From: Lama glama
Lineage: Eukaryota
NCBI GenBank assembly: GCA_028534125.1
Contig: CM052818.1
Coordinates: 4,652,001-4,716,000, forward strand
Direction: 5' to 3'
DNA length: 64,000 bases
Position 1 is the stretch's first letter, and each line of letters begins with the position of its first letter. The position numbers and the translations under genes are program-made. This document shows positions 60,331 through 64,000 of this stretch, piece by piece. The notes beneath the pieces were generated by a model. The model was not told where the DNA came from. It was given only the letters and a program-made list of their open reading frames with translations, and made no database searches.

Positions 60331-62299
60331 GCTGGATTATCCCACCATCGCTCTTGGCACAGGCGCCGCTGGTTGGTGGGAGGAGGTGGGGGAAGGGCAT
60401 AAACACCTTCCCTGGGCGTGTGGAGTTGGGGGAAATTGAGCAGGACTGTAAAGGCAGTGCCAGGGCTCTGAAGAAGAATCTCAACTAAGTTGTCAGGAAT
60501 GAGAAACTGGGTTCTAGGGAAGCAAAGGGGCTTTTCCAGACATGCCTAGTACCTGGTCCACAGGAGGGTAACCTAGGAGCTCCCACATTTGGTACTCAGT
60601 GTACTGGGTCTGTTCAGCCGGGCGCTTTGCAGGTGGCTTTTGGTCATGATGCTGGAGGTGATTCTGGGGGTAACCAGGGCATCCTGTCTTCCATGAGGGA
60701 GCTCTGCCTTTCAACTGGCTCCACATCAAACTCAGGCCACTCTACTACAGAGGATCAGCTATAGTCCCATAGTATCAGCTGAGATGCTTTATAGATCCTC
60801 CAGTACCAAGTGATGTAGTCACGGATTTAGTAAATCCTCTGCTCTCAGTGCTGTGTTTTGTGGGGACCTCAGCAATTCCTGCCCAAGTGCGCAGCAGTAA
60901 GAGGGGCAGGCTGCTGGCAAGTTTGGCAGTTTAATGGCTGTTTACAAATACCACTGCTATTACCATGCTGTTACAACTATGATTTAACATTTGCTGAGTA
61001 CGTAGTGTTTGCTAAATCCTACACATCTGCCCACCCCACCTTAGACACCAGAGGTCACTAGGGGGCTGGGGACAAGCACCCCATCCTCACAGCTGAGCAG
61101 AGTTAGAGTCTAGCGGGGCGGGGGCTGAGGGGAAGGACAGACTGGGCAAGTACTTGGCAGTGACCCAGAGAGCCGTGCAGGTGTGCTTACCTTTTTCTGC
61201 TGGGTCTTATTTGATTCAAAAGTAAAACAAAACTGAGCCCAGCCCGAAGCAAGGATTTTCAGCGTGAGGCTATCTGGTTTGAAAAGCCTTGTCACTTAAA
61301 GGCTGGCGAGAAACCCCCCTCTTCTACATGGAGAAACGTAGAGGACCGCCCAGTGCATTTTCCCCTGACTCTCTCTGTTTCATTTCAAGAAGAGGGAGGG
61401 GAGGGCAGGAGAGCCTTGGTCCCGAAGCAGCACATCTCCTGGTTGCTGCACTGCTGAAAAATCACAGCTTTTTTGTTTCTTTAATTCCATTGGAACGTGG
61501 CTCAGGCGTCGCTTCCTTGTTATTTGAAAGCTACAAAAAGGTCTGCGTGACCCGAAGTTTTTCCCTGCAGGGCCTTCTGTCATCCCTGCCACTCCCACCA
61601 TTAGCAAGACTCCTTGGGGACCTTTGGGAGCTGTGTTCATTCGAACTGACTGGACATGTTCTCACGCTCATTTGCACAACTTAGTCCCATGATTGGGTCC
61701 TGCTCAGCCTGCCGCCCAGCGGCTGGGCCCCCAGTGCCCTCCAGCTGCCCTGAGTCCCTCCACGTGTCCCTCACCAGCTGACACTCAAATGTGTTTGACC
61801 TTCACATCCCATGTCCCAGTTCTCCTGGCCACGGTCCTGGGCTCTAGATTAACCAATGGCTATTCATTAGATCTGGAGTTTTCAACAGTGTCCTCAAGAG
61901 CCCAGAGTGTCCCACAGAAGGGCCCTCTGGGGCCACCATAGAGCCCAATGAGGAACCAGGATGAGTCGTCCCAGGCCCACAAGCAGCACCACTTGTGTAT
62001 TTTATATATCACTACCTCCTTGTAAGTGTCCGTTTGAAGGGTCTTTCTTGCTTGAAAAAAATATGTGGGGAGCATTTCATGTGACTCAATTAATTTGTGC
62101 AAATAAGTGTTAGAATTAGTCCAGTCGGTTACCTCTTATAACCCAGGGGGATGGTTCTCTTCTTGGCCACCGTTGGCCTTTTTCCACGTTGTCTGTTCCT
62201 GTTACTTAGGGAACTGGAGGGGGAGAATGATCAAATAGGGTTTCATACAGATGAAGGGCCCAGAGGCTGAGACATATCCGTTCACCTGGGCCTTTTTTT

Positions 62300-63230
62300 C
62301 CCTTTTAAGTTTTTAAAGTGTGAAATAGACACAAATGAAAAGGTGGACAAAATAAAATTGCATTGTTCAAAAACTGATCGGAAAGATACATGCACCTCAG
62401 TGTTCATAGCAGCACTATTTACAACAGTCAAGACGTGGAAACAACCTAAATGTCCATTGACAGATGATGGATAAAGAAGTTGTGTTATATATCTACAATG
62501 GAATACTATTCAGCCATAAAAAAGAATAAAATGATGCCATTTGCTGCAACATGGGTGGATCTGGAGATTGTAATTCTTAGTGAAGAAAACCAGAAAGAGA
62601 AAGAAAAATACCATATGATGTTACTTATATGTGAATCTGGGAAAAAAAAAGACATAAATGAACTTATTTACAAGACAGAAAGACTCACAGACATAGAAAA
62701 CAAACTTATGGTTACCAGAGGGGGGAGGGGTGGGGAAGGGATAAATTGGGAGTTTGGGATTTGTAGATACTAACTACTGTATATAAAATAGATAAACAAC
62801 AAGTTCCTACTGTAAGGCATAGGGAACTGTATTCAATATCTTATAGTAACCTATGGTGAAAAAGAATATGAAAAGGAATAGATACATGTATATGTATGAT
62901 TGAAACATTATGCTGTACACCAGAAATTGACCCAACATTGTATACTAACTATATACTTCAATTAAAAAAAAGCTGATCAGAAATTGAGCCCTCATATAGC
63001 CACCACCCAGGTCAAGAGAAAGCATGTGACCTCGTCTTCAGAGTTCCTACCCCTCCCCCATGCTTCTACTCTCACTCCCCTCAAATTAAACACCATTCCA
63101 AGCTTTATGGTCATCACTGCCTGGCTTTTCACCTTAGCAGGCATCCCAAACCACTACAGTTTGGTCTTGCCTGGTTTTGAAATTTATATTAATGGAATAA
63201 TAAAATCTGGCTTCTTTTGTAAAATGTTGT
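62300..63230 (-). mobile_element. Old L1ME-like 3' end, split by a younger L1 at 62385-62967
   Basis: 'gtgaaatagacacaaatgaaaaggtggacaaaa' on the left; 'ccaccacccaggtcaagaga...ttgcctggttttgaaatttatattaatggaataata' on the right. Confidence 0.75.
62385..62967 (+). mobile_element. 5'-truncated young L1 (ORF2 C-terminus, 3'UTR and poly-A)
   Basis: Translation MEYYSAIKKNKMMPFAATWVDLEIVILSE..QKEKEKYHM matches the L1 ORF2 end; G-rich 3'UTR tract. TSD aaaaactgatcggaaa (62369-62384) / aaaagctgatcagaaa (62968-62983). Confidence 0.95.
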
Positions 63231-64000
63231 CAGCTTCCTTTTTCCCTTTCTACCCTCCTTTCTCAAGAAACACATTGTGTCAATCTTAGGAAGCATCGCA
63301 ATAACATTTCTACATTTTAAGACTGAACAATGAGAAAAAGTAGTTGAATCACAATGATCCTTAACAAATGTTTCCAGCTTGGAGGCAATTACAGTGGGTG
63401 GGCATTGAAGTAAATGCAGCACCGCTATAATTAGTATTTATGGAAGAATGTTCTCGAGAAAGGCTTTCTATTTTAACTTCACAGATGCTTACAATTCTTG
63501 AGAAGCAGGTATATGGCCAACAGGAGTGTCTGCTGCTGCTTCATCTTTCCTTTTCCTTCTATAATCTCCTTGGTAAGGACACAAAGGGGCATATATTATC
63601 CTAGGGTCGCCCAGAAAGACAGGGGCAACTGGGAAAGCGGATAGCCCCACCCCCACCCCGGGTCTGGCCTTCTGCCCCCTTGGCCCCCACGTCTTTCTGA
63701 TGGAGAATGTTGAGAGATGGTGATGGATGGTTAGTCCCAAATAGTTTTCAACTTACCAAAGTGCACCCGGCTTTCTCTGAACCTCTTTGAAATGCTTTTA
63801 GAGCAACACTGAGAATGGAATTCAGCGACAATTCTCCACAGCTGCAGTCAGAGTACAGAGACCCCACGAGCAGCTGGGGGCAGTTGTTTTCCTGTTTTGT
63901 ACTTGCTGTTTTCTGAAAAGCCCTTTCAGAAGGTTCTAGAAGGTCCCGTGGCATCCATATTCTGAGGGACCGAGTCGGCGGCGGACACTTAGATTCCAGG

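Noticed and set aside
1..64000. Naming the host gene or locus, or inferring transcription direction from repeat orientation
   Set aside because: No recognisable exon is present, and L1 and LTR copies occur on both strands in similar numbers. A genome alignment is required.

Overview
Mammalian non-coding genomic DNA, most likely from a camelid (alpaca, llama or camel). The evidence is four copies of a tRNA-Ala(AGC)-derived SINE resembling the camelid vic-1 family, plus several cetartiodactyl-type L1 3' ends. I find no convincing host protein-coding exon, RNA gene or CRISPR-like array. The only ORFs with recognisable homology are dead L1 ORF2 fragments: the endonuclease domain at 33.3-33.7 kb and the C-terminus at 62.5 kb. 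The window is a mosaic of ancient eutherian repeats (MIR, L2, L1M, MLT1/LTR16 LTRs, MER5/MER33/MER53/MER58/MER63/Charlie1/Tigger2 DNA transposons) and younger lineage-specific SINE, L1 and ERV1 insertions, with a 500-N assembly gap at 35689-36188. Between the repeats lie several repeat-free blocks dense in developmental transcription-factor motifs, as expected for a regulatory gene desert or a large intron. I see no evidence for a new multi-gene system. The best leads are: a tail-less internal L1 fragment with a target-site duplication (TSD) inside a MIR; a 117-nt in-frame candidate exon upstream of a (TG)n tract, resembling a TDP-43-repressed cryptic exon; a full MER53 hairpin (the miR-1302 source family); an old L1 fragment with a perfect 15-bp TSD; and candidate enhancers and promoters. 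Repeat family names come from recalled consensus similarity, not a database search, and boundaries are approximate unless TSDs are given.
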